Under the pieces are notes generated by a model that searched no databases, was not told the DNA's origin, and was given only the letters and a program-made list of their open reading frames with translations. Shown here in pieces: positions 37,415 to 48,992 of a stretch of 64,000 bases of DNA (position 1 is its first letter; each line of letters opens with the position of its first letter). The DNA is taken from contig JAIPAE010000001.1 of NCBI GenBank assembly GCA_021740245.1, positions 279 through 64,278 of the forward strand, given 5' to 3'. The stretch is from Bacteroidales bacterium. GTDB taxonomy: Bacteria > Bacteroidota > Bacteroidia > Bacteroidales > PWNQ01. The translations under genes and the position numbers were made by a program.

Positions 37415-37571
37415 AATAAATGAACCAGTCAAATATCCGCCGGTAGGCGAAAACACACACGGGTATAATAATAAAGGAACACATAAATAGTGTGTGCCGG
37501 ATATTTAACTTATCATGGCGAACTCCTGCTTACAGCAGGGAGCAATGAAATCAAAATTATAAACGGATGAA
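37415..37571 (+). repeat. Degenerate member of the intergenic repeat family
   Basis: It shares ATCCGCC-loop-GGCGAAAACACACACGGG with type A. It ends in the junction 20-mer with one mismatch (37552-37571, CAAAATTATAAACGGATGAA). Confidence 0.65.
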
Positions 37572-37580
37572 GGGTGTAAT

Positions 37581-39392
37581 CTACCGGATAATCAGTTTTC
37601 TGGTTTCAAGTCCGTTTTCATTATAAAATTTCAGGAAATATATTCCGGATGACAGATGGTTTATCTTCAAAGACAATTCATTTTCACCGGGAGCCATTCG
37701 GACATCATTTTTTTCAAGCAGCTTTTTACCTGACATGTCCAAAACTGCTATGTTTATCACCTGATTTTTCTTAGCACTGAGCCTGCAAGTAATCATTTCA
37801 CTGGCAGGATTGGGAAACAACTGTGTAATAGTGAAATCTTTGTTCATACTAGTAAGGCGTTCAACCGATAGGCTGTTTTTATTGACAAAAGCAGCATAGA
37901 TATCAAGGTCACCACTGTTTTTTCTTCCGTCAGCCCACACGGGTATAATATAATCATTAGTGGATAACACAGCATTATACTCCCCAACACCAAATTCATT
38001 ATTCAGGTTTCCTACGGTGGAGAAATCAGTGGCCATGCCTGTGATCCTGGTATTTTGACCAAATGTTTGTCCGTTATCATAGGAACTGTTAATGTAATAA
38101 TGCGTATTGATATTCAAAGAATCATCGGCTCTTCTGTCATACCATGAAATATCCACCCTTCCGTGAGGTGAAACATTAATAGCTGAATAATACTGATGTA
38201 TGGTTTTATTTGTATCATCATTAATGATCACAGGAGCTTCAAAAGTATTTCCTCCGTCTGTGGATCGTGAGAAATAAATATCCAAGCCGTCAGAATCTTT
38301 CTGCATAAGTCCATTGGCCGTCCAGGTTATATAAACATGATTTGAATTGGAAGAAGAGGCATTATAAACCGAAGGATAAAGTCTGTCATCCGATATTCCC
38401 TCTACCGAAACATTTAGTTGATTTGCCGAAAATTGCGGTATCTGTATATCAGAGACCTTCAAGGGCGCCGTAAAATTCTTTGCTCCGTCATCAGAATAAC
38501 AATGATAGATTCCATAATTAGACCCATCCCTGGAGCCAAAAAAGCTGACATGAACGCGTCCGCTTTGTCCGACACTAATGCTCCCAAACTGGACAATAGC
38601 AAAGGAGGTATCAGTCAGATATGCTTTTGTGGTGTCGAAATGCGTGGAATCGGAAGGTTTTCTTGCCACTGTAACTCTGTATGCCTGGCTCTGAATATCA
38701 ATTTCAACATAGCTTATATAAATATCATTATAATGCGGTGAAGAAGGATTTATATCCGCTGCCATCCATTGTTTATCGGTAAGCGGGCCATTAAAAGCTG
38801 CAATATTATTTAAGCTTCCCTGTGATTCTTCAATAACCTGAGTTGTATCATAATTCCAGGTTTGCCCGTTGTCATCAGAATAAGCCCAGTACATCCCCCA
38901 GTATGCATTATCCAGATTCATGTTTTTGATTGAAAGATCAATCCAGGAAAAATAAACGCGGTTTCCGTCATCATAAACAAATACGGGGTCGCCTCCTCCA
39001 ACAGACATGTTTCCGGGAAGGGAGGGCATATTTGTGAAACTGCTATTATTCCAGTTTGCTCCGAAATCATTACTATAATATACCGGACAGTTTAGGCCGG
39101 CCATACCGCTATGAGCTATCGGGCTGACAACGATCTGATTGCTGTCATTTGGATTGATGGCTGCATGCACTTCCGATTCGGCTGTATTATCACCGGAAAT
39201 AACAACATTCGTTGATTTTAACCCCTTTAGCTGTCTGATTTTTTTATCTTGCTTCCAGCCTTTTTGAGGATTATTAAGGTCAACTTTAATTTTTTCTTCC
39301 AGAGAGCGGTTTAGCATCTCTTCAAATGTTGTCTTCTGCGAAAAAACAGTTAATGAGAACAACATTCCTAAAAGTAATACAAAATGTTTCAT
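37581..39392 (-). CDS. Secreted BNR/Asp-box repeat (sialidase-fold) protein with T9SS C-terminal sorting domain
   Basis: 603 aa with a signal peptide and several Asp-boxes (SDDNGQTW, STDGGNTF, SYDNGQTF). The C-terminal T9SS type A tail is LFPNPASEMI ... SGIYFLKF. Confidence 0.8.
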   Translation of the reverse strand: MKHFVLLLGMLFSLTVFSQKTTFEEMLNRSLEEKIKVDLNNPQKGWKQDKKIRQLKGLKSTNVVISGDNTAESEVHAAINPNDSNQIVVSPIAHSGMAGLNCPVYYSNDFGANWNNSSFTNMPSLPGNMSVGGGDPVFVYDDGNRVYFSWIDLSIKNMNLDNAYWGMYWAYSDDNGQTWNYDTTQVIEESQGSLNNIAAFNGPLTDKQWMAADINPSSPHYNDIYISYVEIDIQSQAYRVTVARKPSDSTHFDTTKAYLTDTSFAIVQFGSISVGQSGRVHVSFFGSRDGSNYGIYHCYSDDGAKNFTAPLKVSDIQIPQFSANQLNVSVEGISDDRLYPSVYNASSSNSNHVYITWTANGLMQKDSDGLDIYFSRSTDGGNTFEAPVIINDDTNKTIHQYYSAINVSPHGRVDISWYDRRADDSLNINTHYYINSSYDNGQTFGQNTRITGMATDFSTVGNLNNEFGVGEYNAVLSTNDYIIPVWADGRKNSGDLDIYAAFVNKNSLSVERLTSMNKDFTITQLFPNPASEMITCRLSAKKNQVINIAVLDMSGKKLLEKNDVRMAPGENELSLKINHLSSGIYFLKFYNENGLETRKLIIR

Positions 39393-39436
39393 AACTAATA
39401 AATATAAAATTATTCTTGTTTAGCTGTATTCATATA

Positions 39437-40000
39437 CTACCAGTCATCACCGGAATTATCTTCTTCTTTTTTCATTCCTTCTTTCATGCTGTCAATAACT
39501 TGTTGAATTTCTTCAGCAATAATGCGCATGGTTTCAGGGTCTCTTTGGTCATAATAACGGCTTTCCGGATTTATCCAACGTTCCAGGGGAAAAGGTGATG
39601 TTTTTAACAGTTTAATATCTGTAATCGTATACCGGAATCGTCCATCGCGAAATTCCATTTTCAAAATATAAGCCATTCTCCCCGATTGTATTTTCACACC
39701 TTCTTCATTTTCTTTTTTTATATCAAAGCGTGGCCGGGCTTTAATCACACCATTCATGCGGTCTTGTTTTTCAATAATTCCTCTCGGGTTATCCCAGTAA
39801 TCGTTCATCCAGGTTACTGCTCTATAGAAAAGCTCATTAGCAGCGCCTTCTGCTTGTACAACTTCCTGGTAAGTGATTATTTTGGTATCTTCATCAACCG
39901 GAAAAGAGACTGAATCCTGTGTTTGAGTAAATACAGTATTTGTGAGCACTAATATAAACACGGGAGCTAAAATCATTTTAATATCAGACATAACGATCAT
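39437..40000 (-). CDS. DUF4468-like secreted protein
   Basis: 187 aa with a signal peptide. The region FPVDEDTKIITYQEVVQAEG ... LFYRAVTWM resembles the DUF4468 family as I recall it. Confidence 0.55.
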   Translation of the reverse strand: MIVMSDIKMILAPVFILVLTNTVFTQTQDSVSFPVDEDTKIITYQEVVQAEGAANELFYRAVTWMNDYWDNPRGIIEKQDRMNGVIKARPRFDIKKENEEGVKIQSGRMAYILKMEFRDGRFRYTITDIKLLKTSPFPLERWINPESRYYDQRDPETMRIIAEEIQQVIDSMKEGMKKEEDNSGDDW

Positions 40001-40069
40001 ATTTTGTTTCAGTGAGTAAAATTAAAAAATCGGGCCAAACTATGATTAAAACATAACGATTTTTAACAT

Positions 40070-40098
40070 TAAAAAAGGGGAACCATACTGAGTTCCCC
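40070..40098 (-). terminator. Intrinsic terminator of groEL
   Basis: On the - strand, GGGGAAC-loop-GTTCCCC is followed by TTTTTT, 31 nt after the groEL stop. Confidence 0.8.
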
Positions 40099-40128
40099 GT
40101 AATATAATATCATTTATTATTTGGCGGT

Positions 40129-41799
<1,671 letters not shown>

Positions 41800-41833
41800 T
41801 TATGTTTATTGTTATTTTCTTTTTCTGTTACCA

Positions 41834-42112
41834 CTAAATAATACCGTAAATTTCATCTTCTTTTAGGATAAGGTAGTCTTCATTTTCAAAAGAGATTTCC
41901 GTACCGGCAAATTTTCCGTAGATAATCACATTACCGGGTTTAACAGTCATCTCATGTCCTTCTGTCCCGCTTCCAACAGCCACTACTTTTGCTTTTTGCG
42001 GTTTCTCTTTAGCTGTATCCGGGATAATAATTCCACCACTGGTTTTATCATCTGCGGACAAAGGCTTAGCAAGAACCCTGTCTCCCAGGGGTTTAAATTT
42101 TATTTCTGCCAT
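41834..42112 (-). CDS. groES: Co-chaperonin GroES
   Basis: 92 aa with canonical GroES sequence (KPLGDRVL ... GGIIIPDTAKEKP), directly upstream of groEL. Confidence 0.97.
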   Translation of the reverse strand: MAEIKFKPLGDRVLAKPLSADDKTSGGIIIPDTAKEKPQKAKVVAVGSGTEGHEMTVKPGNVIIYGKFAGTEISFENEDYLILKEDEIYGII

Positions 42113-42213
42113 CTTTTTTTTATTTTAGTTTATCACAGAACCAAATCATCATATTTTATGCCAAAGAGCATAGACCAGGATTTTTATGTCATTATTTCAG
42201 CAATTAAAAAGTG

Positions 42214-42256
42214 CAAAAAAATAATGTCAGATTGTTTGTGACAATCTGACATTATT
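42214..42256 (-). terminator. Intrinsic terminator of secG
   Basis: A perfect 15-bp stem, AATAATGTCAGATTG (42220-42234) / CAATCTGACATTATT (42242-42256), is followed on the - strand by a T7 run. Confidence 0.8.
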
Positions 42257-42279
42257 TGTATTTGAGAATTTATGATTTC

Positions 42280-42663
42280 CTATTCAGGTTGAACAGGCTC
42301 CTGTTGTCCAGAACCTTCTTGCTGGACAGGTAATTGATTTTGTCCCGTATTATAGTTTATACTAGCATCTGGATTATCCTGATAAAATTCCTGGGATTCG
42401 GAGACTGTTGTTTCTTGTGGTTGATTTCGGGGAATAACAAATACTGATGATAAACTTAACACCAACAGAATAATAGCCAGTGCCCAGGTTGCTTTCTCCA
42501 AAAAATCAGTGGTTCTTTTTACACCCATAATTTGATTGGATGATGAACTTCCACCAAATGCTGAGGAAAGTCCTCCACCTTTTGGATTTTGAACTAATAT
42601 GATCAAAACTAACAATACACATGTGATAAGTACTAATGCCGAAACTATTATATATCCGCCCAT
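42280..42663 (-). CDS. secG: Preprotein translocase subunit SecG
   Basis: 127 aa. The first TM helix is followed by LVQNPKGGGLSSAFGG, then a second TM helix and a Q/E-rich tail. Confidence 0.85.
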   Translation of the reverse strand: MGGYIIVSALVLITCVLLVLIILVQNPKGGGLSSAFGGSSSSNQIMGVKRTTDFLEKATWALAIILLVLSLSSVFVIPRNQPQETTVSESQEFYQDNPDASINYNTGQNQLPVQQEGSGQQEPVQPE

Positions 42664-42699
42664 AATCTTTTGATTTTAAGAAAAATAATGGTATTTCTT

Positions 42700-43386
42700 C
42701 TATTTCTTTTTTAGTTCTTCAATAAGGTTTGCAAAGTAACGCTTTTTTTCTGGAAATTTCAAGCTAAGTTTTTGATAAATTTCTATTGCTTTGTTAATTT
42801 TACCCTGTCGCTGATAAATCATAGCAAGTGTTTCCGAAATAAATTCATGATCATCCTTTAAGCTTTGATCAGCAACTTCGGCTTCCTCTGAATAATCTTT
42901 TTCCTTGTCAGGAATTATTCGCGGTTCATTTTGCATGAACTTGTCTATTAATTCTGTTGTATAGGAAGTGTCGGAAGATTCTTTATTAAAAGTTGTTTTT
43001 TCCGGATTTTGTTGACCTGAAAAATCTTGTTCCTTTTCAATTTGTCTGAGTCTTTCCTGATAATATGTTTCTTTTTCCTGTTCGGTATATCCTTCAGATT
43101 TTTGTTTGGCTGTATCATTATCTATGGAAACTGTTTCTTTATCTACTTTTTTATGAAATGTATGCACCCAATCATAAAAATAAGGCCTGTTATGAATAAA
43201 CATAGCAGACTCCTGCAGCATTTTTTGAAATTCGTGATGTCCCGTATTTTTCAGTGATTTCAACCATAGCACATGAAATGTTGCACAAAACGGATATTGT
43301 TTAATATATCGGTATAGTTCTTCCTTTTGCGCCTGGTCAAGATTTCCGGGTTTATTAATATAGTCAATTATTTTTTGAAGTTCCAT
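42700..43386 (-). CDS. Hypothetical protein with C-terminal TPR-like motif
   Basis: 228 aa. The C-terminus LAMIYQRQGKINKAIEIYQKLSLKFPE looks like a TPR. It sits between lptE and secG. Confidence 0.6.
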   Translation of the reverse strand: MELQKIIDYINKPGNLDQAQKEELYRYIKQYPFCATFHVLWLKSLKNTGHHEFQKMLQESAMFIHNRPYFYDWVHTFHKKVDKETVSIDNDTAKQKSEGYTEQEKETYYQERLRQIEKEQDFSGQQNPEKTTFNKESSDTSYTTELIDKFMQNEPRIIPDKEKDYSEEAEVADQSLKDDHEFISETLAMIYQRQGKINKAIEIYQKLSLKFPEKKRYFANLIEELKKK

Positions 43387-43396
43387 AATTTCAAGT

Positions 43397-43915
43397 TTAC
43401 CAGTTTACAACAGATTTATTAAAAATATCATCCACCAGATAATCAACAATCTGCTCAATAAGTTGATCTTCTACGGATGCAAGGCTGGCTGAGCTTGAAT
43501 AATCTTCATATCTGGAAAATGTGGTTTCAAAGTTCATCTTTTCCTGATATCGATTTACAAACTTAACATTAACTGTTATTGTAAGTCTATTCATAGCAGC
43601 CTGATCATTTCCCTGAATAGCCACAGGCTTTGTTTTATAATCAACAATTTCTCCTTCAAAGTATAAATCTCCACCTGTATTAGTAAGTGAAAGTGATGTT
43701 TGAGATTGAAAACGGTCTTTTAGAGCATCCGTTAATATCTGACTTAAATTCGAATTAACAAGTGAAGCTTTATTAGGAAAATACTGAATGGTTACTGTTT
43801 CTGCCTCAGGCGGGATTGATGCTCCGGTAAAACTGTAAATTCCACATCCGCTGAAGGGAACAAAAATAAAAATCAACCAAACCAGAGAAATATGTTGTTT
43901 TATTAGTCGTTTCAT
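43397..43915 (-). CDS. lptE: LptE-like LPS-assembly lipoprotein
   Basis: 172 aa with lipobox FSGC. Its size and its position after the sigma-54 activator match the conserved Bacteroidota arrangement as I recall it. Confidence 0.6.
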   Translation of the reverse strand: MKRLIKQHISLVWLIFIFVPFSGCGIYSFTGASIPPEAETVTIQYFPNKASLVNSNLSQILTDALKDRFQSQTSLSLTNTGGDLYFEGEIVDYKTKPVAIQGNDQAAMNRLTITVNVKFVNRYQEKMNFETTFSRYEDYSSSASLASVEDQLIEQIVDYLVDDIFNKSVVNW

Positions 43916-45183
43916 GATTCGATATTATATTCTTTAATTTTACGGTAAAGTGTTCTCTCAGAAATACCTAATTCTTTAGCTGCCTGTTTTCTTCTACCCT
44001 GATGCTTTTCTAACGCTTTTTTGATCAAATCTATTTCCTTTTTTTGAATTGATAATGATTCTTCAACAACTTCCGAGTCCTGAATTGGTTCCGAGCTATC
44101 TTCTATTTGTTCTGAATAATAATTTCCGGGAACAAAGGATTCATGCTGTATATCAGGGACATCTTTACGTGGCTCTCTATGCTTTGTTGTTGAATGACCA
44201 TAGCGGGAATTCATTTCATAATACCGTTCATCACCCATACTTTGCCTGACATCTTCTTCTTTATTCAGATCAAAGACTACTTTTTTCAGGTCATTGATAT
44301 CTTTACGCATATCAAAAAGTATCTTATACAATAATTCACGTTCACTAAGGTGTTTGTTTTCTTCCTGTTCTTCTTTAAAAAGAACGGGAAGTTTACTCGT
44401 TCCGCTAGCGGGCAAATATCTCCGGATTATTTCCCTGTCGATTTCTCTTTCTTTTTCAATAACCGCCAGTTGTTCCGTAATATTTTTAAGTTGTCTGACA
44501 TTTCCAGGCCATCGGAAATTCATTAACTCCTGCCTGGCATCTTCTGTTAATCGTATTACCGGCATACGGTATTTCTCAGCCAGATCAGCAGCAAACTTGC
44601 GAAATAAAAGGATAATATCATCTTTTCGCTCGCGTAATGGCGGTACATAAATGGGTACTGTGCTAAGACGATAATAAAGGTCTTCCCTGAATTTACCCTG
44701 GTTAATTGCCTTTTCCACATCTAAGTTCGTTGCTGCTACAACCCGGACATCAGTCTTGATCACTTTTGATGATCCAACCTTCAAAAATTCACCGGATTCC
44801 AAAACCCTGAGCAAACGAACCTGCGTAGATAAAGGTAACTCAGCTACTTCATCCAAAAATATCGTCCCTCCGCTCACTTCTTCAAAATAACCTTTACGGG
44901 AATCTGTTGCCCCTGTAAATGAACCTTTTTCATGCCCAAAAAGCTCTGAATCTATTGTGCCTTCTGGTATTGCTCCACAGTTTACTGCAATATACGGACC
45001 ATGTTTCCTTGAACTGAACTGATGAATAATCTTAGGAAATACCTCTTTACCAACTCCGCTTTCTCCTGTTATTAGTACTGATATATCTGTCGGGGCAACC
45101 TGTAATGCTTTATCGATGGCCCTGTTTAATAATTCTGAATTCCCGATTATTCCAAAACGTTGTTTTACCGACTGCAATTCCAT
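43912..45183 (-). CDS. Sigma-54-dependent transcriptional activator (bEBP) without N-terminal sensory domain
   Basis: 423 aa. The AAA+ sigma-54 interaction domain starts at about residue 10 (GESGVGKE, ESELFGHEKGSFTGA). A long acidic linker separates it from the C-terminal Fis-type HTH (AAKELGISERTLYRKIKEY). Confidence 0.9.
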   Translation of the reverse strand: MELQSVKQRFGIIGNSELLNRAIDKALQVAPTDISVLITGESGVGKEVFPKIIHQFSSRKHGPYIAVNCGAIPEGTIDSELFGHEKGSFTGATDSRKGYFEEVSGGTIFLDEVAELPLSTQVRLLRVLESGEFLKVGSSKVIKTDVRVVAATNLDVEKAINQGKFREDLYYRLSTVPIYVPPLRERKDDIILLFRKFAADLAEKYRMPVIRLTEDARQELMNFRWPGNVRQLKNITEQLAVIEKEREIDREIIRRYLPASGTSKLPVLFKEEQEENKHLSERELLYKILFDMRKDINDLKKVVFDLNKEEDVRQSMGDERYYEMNSRYGHSTTKHREPRKDVPDIQHESFVPGNYYSEQIEDSSEPIQDSEVVEESLSIQKKEIDLIKKALEKHQGRRKQAAKELGISERTLYRKIKEYNIES

Positions 45184-45204
45184 AGTTTATCCTTCTTTCT
45201 ATAA

Positions 45205-45212
45205 CAAAAATA
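45205..45212 (-). promoter_or_regulatory. Bacteroidota -7 promoter box upstream of the sigma-54 activator operon
   Basis: CAAAAATA on the + strand is TATTTTTG on the - strand, 22 nt upstream of the ATG at 45183. Confidence 0.4.
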
Positions 45213-45425
45213 ATAATTCTTAATGACCGACCGTAATTATGGAACAAAAATAATGACAAAATGTCAGAAACCACAAAAAATATAGTTTTTCAACAATTCA
45301 GAAAATAAAAAAACCTGTAAATTAGCTTACAGCAGAGAATCCAAATTACAAATGTGAATTCAGTACCTGCTGAAAAATACGAAATAATTTCATAATGAAT
45401 ACTATGTATATGCTAAATGCTTATA

Positions 45426-45469
45426 AAATGCAAGGTTTTGACCTACATTTTGCAAATAACCTTGCATTT
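45426..45469 (-). terminator. Hairpin downstream of the SPOR gene (probable terminator)
   Basis: A perfect 12-bp inverted repeat AAATGCAAGGTT / AACCTTGCATTT with a 20-nt loop. The trailing sequence on the - strand is T-rich. Confidence 0.55.
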
Positions 45470-45516
45470 CTTATCCCAATATTTCGTTTGTCTTTAGCAA
45501 GCCCTATTTAAAAGCT

Positions 45517-45930
45517 TTATAAATCAGGTATATCCATCTGCGGTTCTAAAACGATAAAGGCCGCAGGATAAAACTCTTTTATTTGATGTAGATACCGCTC
45601 AGCCTGCAACCTGGACACAAAATTTCCAACTTCAACTTTATAATTCGGTGCTTCAAAAACAACATAAGCTTTTATATCACTGTTTTTCATTTTAAACTTA
45701 GCCTTAGACCTCATGGCATTCTTTCTTGAATTATTTCCCGAATCAGAAAATATCTGTATACGGTATCCCGGGATACCATTCATTTCTTTATTGATGGAAA
45801 TATGTTTCTGCACAAGGCTGTTAGCACTGGTTGCATTTACAAGCTCAATATTTCCCTGATTTTGTGCCAGCAAAGCATAGTTCATCAACAATAAAATACC
45901 AGCACATAAAATTGTCGTCTTTATTTTCAT
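45517..45930 (-). CDS. SPOR domain-containing secreted protein
   Basis: 137 aa. A signal peptide is followed by a SPOR-like region (GYRIQIFSDSGNNSRKNAMRSKAKF ... YKVEVGNFVSRLQAE). Confidence 0.7.
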   Translation of the reverse strand: MKIKTTILCAGILLLMNYALLAQNQGNIELVNATSANSLVQKHISINKEMNGIPGYRIQIFSDSGNNSRKNAMRSKAKFKMKNSDIKAYVVFEAPNYKVEVGNFVSRLQAERYLHQIKEFYPAAFIVLEPQMDIPDL

Positions 45931-45938
45931 TTTATCTA

Positions 45939-46790
45939 CTAATCAACAAGATGGTCATATAAATTACGTGGACGAACAGACAATACAGGAATTGGCGAAT
46001 GGTTAACCATTTGTTGTGCAAAAGGACCAAGTAACAAGTTAGCAGTAGTTGTTTCCTGTTCCGTCATTATAGCAATCAGATCAGCATCTATTTCACGTGC
46101 AAACTCAATTGTTGTATCCGTCAGGTTTCCTGCCTCTCTTCGTTCAATGCTATATCTAACGTCATTTTCCTCCAGATATTTTGCAGTTTGATCAATATAT
46201 CCATTCACCAGCATCTTAACGGCTGTTCCCATAGTAGAGAAAAGTCCCAGCACCGTTATTTCAGCATCAAAAAATTTTGCCAGTTGCATAGTAAATGGGG
46301 TTTTTTGCCGGGTTTGACGGGTGCTGTCTATAGGTAAAATAATTTTATTTAATGGTCTGTCAGCCGATTCACCATATCGTAAAGTAATTACCGGGCATTG
46401 TGCTGAAGTTACAATGCGGTATGCACTTGAGCCAATCCAGAATTCTTCAAATCCTGATGTTCCATGAGTGCCGGTAACTACAAGATAGGCATCGTGATAT
46501 TTGGCCTGATTTGAGATTTCTTTATGTACTTTACCGCTTCGAATCTTATACATAAATTTGCCGCCGGTTAGATTTTTTTTACGTTTTTCTATTAATTCTT
46601 CAAAACGCTTTTTCACTTCATGTTCTGCGGGATTTCGATTATTTGTTGATAATGAAGTGGAACTTCTGTCTTTATCCACCCATACTAACAGAATATTTGC
46701 ATTTAACTTATTCGCAATATTGACCGAATAATTTAAAGCATATTCCGAACCTTCGGAAAAATCCATTCCTACAATAATGATTTTCTTCAT
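45939..46790 (-). CDS. Universal stress protein (tandem UspA domains)
   Basis: 283 aa with two Usp domains (KIIIVGMDFSEGS ... LVVTGTHGTSG and a second copy). Confidence 0.85.
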   Translation of the reverse strand: MKKIIIVGMDFSEGSEYALNYSVNIANKLNANILLVWVDKDRSSTSLSTNNRNPAEHEVKKRFEELIEKRKKNLTGGKFMYKIRSGKVHKEISNQAKYHDAYLVVTGTHGTSGFEEFWIGSSAYRIVTSAQCPVITLRYGESADRPLNKIILPIDSTRQTRQKTPFTMQLAKFFDAEITVLGLFSTMGTAVKMLVNGYIDQTAKYLEENDVRYSIERREAGNLTDTTIEFAREIDADLIAIMTEQETTTANLLLGPFAQQMVNHSPIPVLSVRPRNLYDHLVD

Positions 46791-46994
46791 AGTATTTAGT
46801 TTTGAACATGTTTTTGCTAATTAACTTAACCTTTTCCCTAAGCTGAATTATAACAGTGCATCCTATATTATATGACACATGAAAAAGACAGACTGTTGCC
46901 TGTGAAAGGTAATAAATCAAAAAAATTAAAACCCATAATAAAAGATATTTCTATAAAGCTTAAACTTATGCTGAAATATATAATTCTAAATCAT

Positions 46995-47002
46995 TATTTT
47001 TG
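46995..47002 (+). promoter_or_regulatory. Bacteroidota -7 promoter box upstream of ruvB
   Basis: TATTTTTG lies 18 nt upstream of the ruvB ATG. Confidence 0.5.
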
Positions 47003-47019
47003 CAATTAACAGAACAGCT

Positions 47020-48054
47020 ATGTCATTAAACAAAAACTTAGATGCCAGTGGCCGTCAGATGAATGCACATGAGCAGGAATTTGAGAAAAGTTTACGCCCG
47101 GGATCGTTTTCTCATTTTCATGGGCAGGATTCCGTGGTTGAGAATCTCCAGATATTCACACAGGCTGCATTACAACGTAAAGAGGCACTGGACCATGTAT
47201 TATTACATGGCCCTCCCGGTCTTGGCAAAACAACATTATCTCATATCATCGCAACCCAGATGAATGTAAATTTAAAAATCACCTCCGGGCCTGTATTAGA
47301 CAAACCGGGAGACCTGGCCGGTTTATTAACAAGCCTGGAAAAACGCGATGTTCTATTCATAGATGAAATCCACCGTCTTAGTCCGGTTGTAGAAGAATAC
47401 CTGTATTCTGCCATGGAAGATTTCCGGATTGATATTATGATTGAAACCGGCCCCAATGCACGTGCTGTGCAAATCGACCTGAACCCATTCACTCTTGTCG
47501 GGGCTACCACACGTTCCGGGCTACTTACTGCTCCCTTACGCTCAAGATTTGGTATTACATCACGTCTATCCTACTATGATAAAGATACGTTAGCAGGTAT
47601 TATCAATCGCTCAGCAGGTATTTTGAATGTACCCGTTCATAATGATGCTGCATTGGAAATTGCGCGCAGAAGCCGTGGTACGCCTCGCATTGCCAATCTT
47701 CTGTTACGCCGCGTCAGGGACTTTGCCCAAATAAAAGGCGATGGTAAAATTGACTTAAAGATTGTTCGTTTTTCACTTGATTCACTTAATGTAGATAAAT
47801 ACGGACTTGATGAGATGGATAATCGTATTTTGATCACCCTCATTGACAAGTTTCGCGGCGGCCCGGTAGGCTTAAATACACTGGCTACTTCTTGTGGAGA
47901 AGATGCCGGAACACTGGAAGAAGTGTATGAACCTTTTCTTATTCAGGAAGGATTTCTTGATCGTACACCCCGCGGACGCAAAGTAACCTTAAAAGCCTTT
48001 GAACACCTTGGACGAAAACCAGGTGATGAACAAAAAAAACTGTTTAGCTTATGA
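47020..48054 (+). CDS. ruvB: Holliday junction branch migration helicase RuvB
   Basis: 344 aa with Walker [11 protein letters not shown], Walker B FIDEIHR and a sensor region. This is canonical RuvB. Confidence 0.97.
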   Translation: MSLNKNLDASGRQMNAHEQEFEKSLRPGSFSHFHGQDSVVENLQIFTQAALQRKEALDHVLLHGPPGLGKTTLSHIIATQMNVNLKITSGPVLDKPGDLAGLLTSLEKRDVLFIDEIHRLSPVVEEYLYSAMEDFRIDIMIETGPNARAVQIDLNPFTLVGATTRSGLLTAPLRSRFGITSRLSYYDKDTLAGIINRSAGILNVPVHNDAALEIARRSRGTPRIANLLLRRVRDFAQIKGDGKIDLKIVRFSLDSLNVDKYGLDEMDNRILITLIDKFRGGPVGLNTLATSCGEDAGTLEEVYEPFLIQEGFLDRTPRGRKVTLKAFEHLGRKPGDEQKKLFSL

Positions 48055-48992
48055 GTTCTCATTATGAGCTATTCAATAAAAGATCACGAATAACAAAATA
48101 TCTGGCTAAAAAACATGGCTTTTCCTATTGTGGAATTGCTCAAGCCAGAAGGCTTGATGAACATGAAGAAGCTCTGCAAAAATACCTGGATAATCATTTG
48201 CAGGGTAATATGCACTATATGCAAAACCATTTTGAAAAACGTCTTGACCCGGCAAAACTGGTTCCAGGAACAAAAACTGTTATTTCACTGCTTTATAATT
48301 ATTATCCCGAAAAATATTTTGAGGAAGATGCTCCGTTTAAGATCAGCCGGTATGCATTAGGTAAAGATTATCATTTTGTTTTGAAAGACAAGTTGAAAAT
48401 GCTCACCCGTGAAATGTCGGAGCAATTAGGTGAATTTTCATCCAGATATTTTGTAGACAGCGCACCAATCCTGGAACGTGCATGGGCACGGGAATCAGGG
48501 CTTGGATGGATCGGCAAAAATACGATGCTGATTAACATGAAACATGGATCCTATTTTTTTCTGGCTGAAATACTCCTCGATATGGAAATGGTTTATGATA
48601 AACCCATGAATCATGATTTTTGTGGCTCCTGCCATAAATGTATCGATGCCTGCCCCACGTATGCACTCTCTCCTTATAAAATTGATGCTTCCCGGTGTAT
48701 TTCATACTTTACTATTGAAAACAAAGATGATCATATCCCGGAAGAACAAAAGCATAAATACAAACAATGGATTTTTGGTTGTGACATCTGCCAGCAAGTA
48801 TGTCCCTGGAACAAATTTTCCCTATTTCATAATGAACCGGAATTCAAACCTAATGAAGAAATGCTTGAACTCACTGAAGAGCAATGGCTAAAGCTTACGA
48901 AAGATAACTATCAAAAGCTTTTCAGTAAAAGTGCAATCAAAAGAGCAAAATACAAAGGATTAAAACGTAATATCCATTCCCTGAACGATTAA
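48051..48992 (+). CDS. queG: tRNA epoxyqueuosine(34) reductase
   Basis: 313 aa with ferredoxin-type clusters [12 protein letters not shown] and CDICQQVCP. It overlaps ruvB by 4 nt. Confidence 0.92.
   Translation: MSSHYELFNKRSRITKYLAKKHGFSYCGIAQARRLDEHEEALQKYLDNHLQGNMHYMQNHFEKRLDPAKLVPGTKTVISLLYNYYPEKYFEEDAPFKISRYALGKDYHFVLKDKLKMLTREMSEQLGEFSSRYFVDSAPILERAWARESGLGWIGKNTMLINMKHGSYFFLAEILLDMEMVYDKPMNHDFCGSCHKCIDACPTYALSPYKIDASRCISYFTIENKDDHIPEEQKHKYKQWIFGCDICQQVCPWNKFSLFHNEPEFKPNEEMLELTEEQWLKLTKDNYQKLFSKSAIKRAKYKGLKRNIHSLND

Noticed and set aside
42113-42213. A CIRCE (HrcA) operator or sigma-54 promoter upstream of groES
   Set aside because: There is no TTAGCACTC-N9-GAGTGCTAA-like inverted repeat. 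TGGCATAAAATATGA on the - strand lacks the -12 GC element.
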